Assembly: GCA_016234525.1 (NCBI GenBank)
Contig: JACRBK010000734.1
Span: 1 to 33,395, forward strand
DNA: 33,395 bases
Reading direction: 5' to 3'
Source: Chloroflexota bacterium
Lineage (GTDB): Bacteria; Chloroflexota; Anaerolineae; Aggregatilineales; Aggregatilineaceae
Below, piece by piece: positions 32,159 to 33,395 of the stretch (positions are counted from its first letter, which is position 1; every line of letters begins with the position of its first letter). The notes beneath the pieces were generated by a model that was not told the origin of the DNA, searched no databases, and saw only the letters and a list, made by a program, of their open reading frames with translations. Both the position numbers and the translations under genes were made by a program.

Positions 32159-33169
32159 ATGTCAAGAGTCCTGTTAGAAGTCAATGAACTAACAACAAAT
32201 TATATCACCCGGTTTCGGGAAAACGTTTATGCCGTTGATCATGTTTCCCTGAAGGTTGAAGAAGGGAGATCATTAGGCATTGCTGGTGAATCAGGTTGCG
32301 GGAAATCTACGCTTGCACTCAGTCTGATGGGCTATTACTTTGCGCCGCTGCACTATTCCGGCGGGGAAATCATTGTCGACGGGCAAAACATTACGGGAAT
32401 GGCCCCGGATGACGTTCGCAAAACCATCTTAGGAAACGAAATTTCCTATATCCCCCAAGCAGCAATGAACGCACTTAATCCCACACAAAAGGTCATCCAC
32501 TTCATCGAGGATGTCATTCAGGCACATCATCCAGAGACCACCAAGAAAGAAATCTACGAACTTGCCAGCGAGCGTTTCGAATTGCTGGGGCTGTCACCGA
32601 AAGTGCTGCAAAAATATTCCGTTGAGCTATCTGGTGGAATGAAGCAGCGGACCGTGATCGCGACCTCGGTGATTCTGTCCCCCAAAGTGCTGATCGCCGA
32701 TGAGCCGTCCTCCGCGCTCGATGTGACCTCCCAGAAGATGGTCATCAAGATGGTGATGGATTTGATGGAAAAAGGCATCATCAAGGCGCTGATCTTTATC
32801 ACGCACGAACTCCCCCTGCTCTACCACGTCACCGACGATATCATGGTCATGTATGCCGGGCAGATTGTGGAGAAGGGTACGGTCGACGAGGTTATCTTCG
32901 ACCCAATCCACCCCTATTCCAAGGCTCTCATGGGGTCTATCATCGTACCAGAAGCAGGCCTGCGGGATGTCAAGCTGACGGCTATCCCTGGCACCCCGCC
33001 CAATCTCAAAAAACCGCCGTCTGGATGCCGGTTTGCGGATCGCTGTAAATTTGTCATGCCAGAATGCAGGGCAGTTTCGGTCAATCTACGTGATATTGGT
33101 GAGGGACGTGCCTATCGCTGCATCATACCGGAAGAAGACCTAAGAAAGGCTTACAAGAATGAAGGCTGA
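32159..33169 (+). CDS. ABC transporter ATP-binding protein (OppD/DppD-type)
   Basis: Walker A 'GESGCGKST', signature 'LSGGMKQR' and Walker B '[11 protein letters not shown]'. The C-terminal oligopeptide-transporter extension has Cys residues '[15 protein letters not shown]...YRC'. Confidence 0.92.
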   Translation: MSRVLLEVNELTTNYITRFRENVYAVDHVSLKVEEGRSLGIAGESGCGKSTLALSLMGYYFAPLHYSGGEIIVDGQNITGMAPDDVRKTILGNEISYIPQAAMNALNPTQKVIHFIEDVIQAHHPETTKKEIYELASERFELLGLSPKVLQKYSVELSGGMKQRTVIATSVILSPKVLIADEPSSALDVTSQKMVIKMVMDLMEKGIIKALIFITHELPLLYHVTDDIMVMYAGQIVEKGTVDEVIFDPIHPYSKALMGSIIVPEAGLRDVKLTAIPGTPPNLKKPPSGCRFADRCKFVMPECRAVSVNLRDIGEGRAYRCIIPEEDLRKAYKNEG

Positions 33170-33395
33170 TACAGACATACTGAGCGGCAAAGGGCTTACC
33201 AAAGTTTTCGGTTTTGGAGCCCAGAGGACTGTCGCCGTTGATCAGGTGGATTTCAGCTTCAAAAAAGCCGAAATCGTCTCGATTGTTGGTGAGTCGGGCA
33301 GCGGAAAAACCACATTAGCAAAGATGCTGCTGGGGCTGCTCAAACCCTCCGAAGGAGAGATCTACTTCGAGGGGAAACTACGCGACATTCGCACA
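33159..33395 (+). CDS. second ABC transporter ATP-binding protein (OppF/DppF-type), 5' part only (runs off the window)
   Basis: ATG 33159 overlaps the upstream gene's end. Hand translation: [19 protein letters not shown]...[31 protein letters not shown], with Walker A 'GESGSGKTT'. Confidence 0.85.
   Translation, partial: MKADTDILSGKGLTKVFGFGAQRTVAVDQVDFSFKKAEIVSIVGESGSGKTTLAKMLLGLLKPSEGEIYFEGKLRDIRT

Noticed and set aside
1-33395. tRNA, rRNA and tmRNA genes as possible integration targets.
   Set aside because: I saw no T-arm (GGTTCGAATCC-like) or acceptor-stem signature in any intergenic region. The integration site appears to be intergenic.

Overview
Bacterial chromosomal window. I found no rRNA, tRNA or CRISPR array.

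Left half (about 421-16925): a ~16.5-kb integrated mobile element, visibly GC-richer than its surroundings. It is bounded by imperfect inverted repeats that directly abut a 5-bp direct repeat, GAGTT. All of its genes are on the + strand:
- two small ORFs preceded by Shine-Dalgarno (SD) sites
- a large serine recombinase
- ParA and ParB
- a translationally coupled operon of small DNA-binding proteins (two ribbon-helix-helix (RHH)-like, one HU-like) ending in a relaxase-like protein
- a ~990-aa primase-polymerase/ATPase fusion
- directly after that gene, a ~780-bp non-coding field with two interleaved repeat families, which I read as the element's origin and/or centromere
- a cargo block: a low-GC metallophosphoesterase, a sigma-70-like multi-HTH regulator, and an MmeI-family Type IIL restriction-modification enzyme. 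The nuclease and N6-adenine methyltransferase motifs of that enzyme look intact, and its specificity region is a low-GC cassette.

Right half (lower GC, host-like):
- a TIR-WD40 protein directly next to the insertion site
- a stand-alone receiver protein
- a three-gene phosphorelay operon on the minus strand
- an ABC-2-like membrane protein
- a LacI-family regulator with a CebR/CelR-type palindromic operator
- an Opp/Dpp-type ABC importer operon that runs off the window end

The most novel-looking features are the iteron field, the reconstructable att sites, the mosaic R-M enzyme and the TIR-WD40 gene. Every functional call rests on motifs read by eye from the translations. No database search was run.
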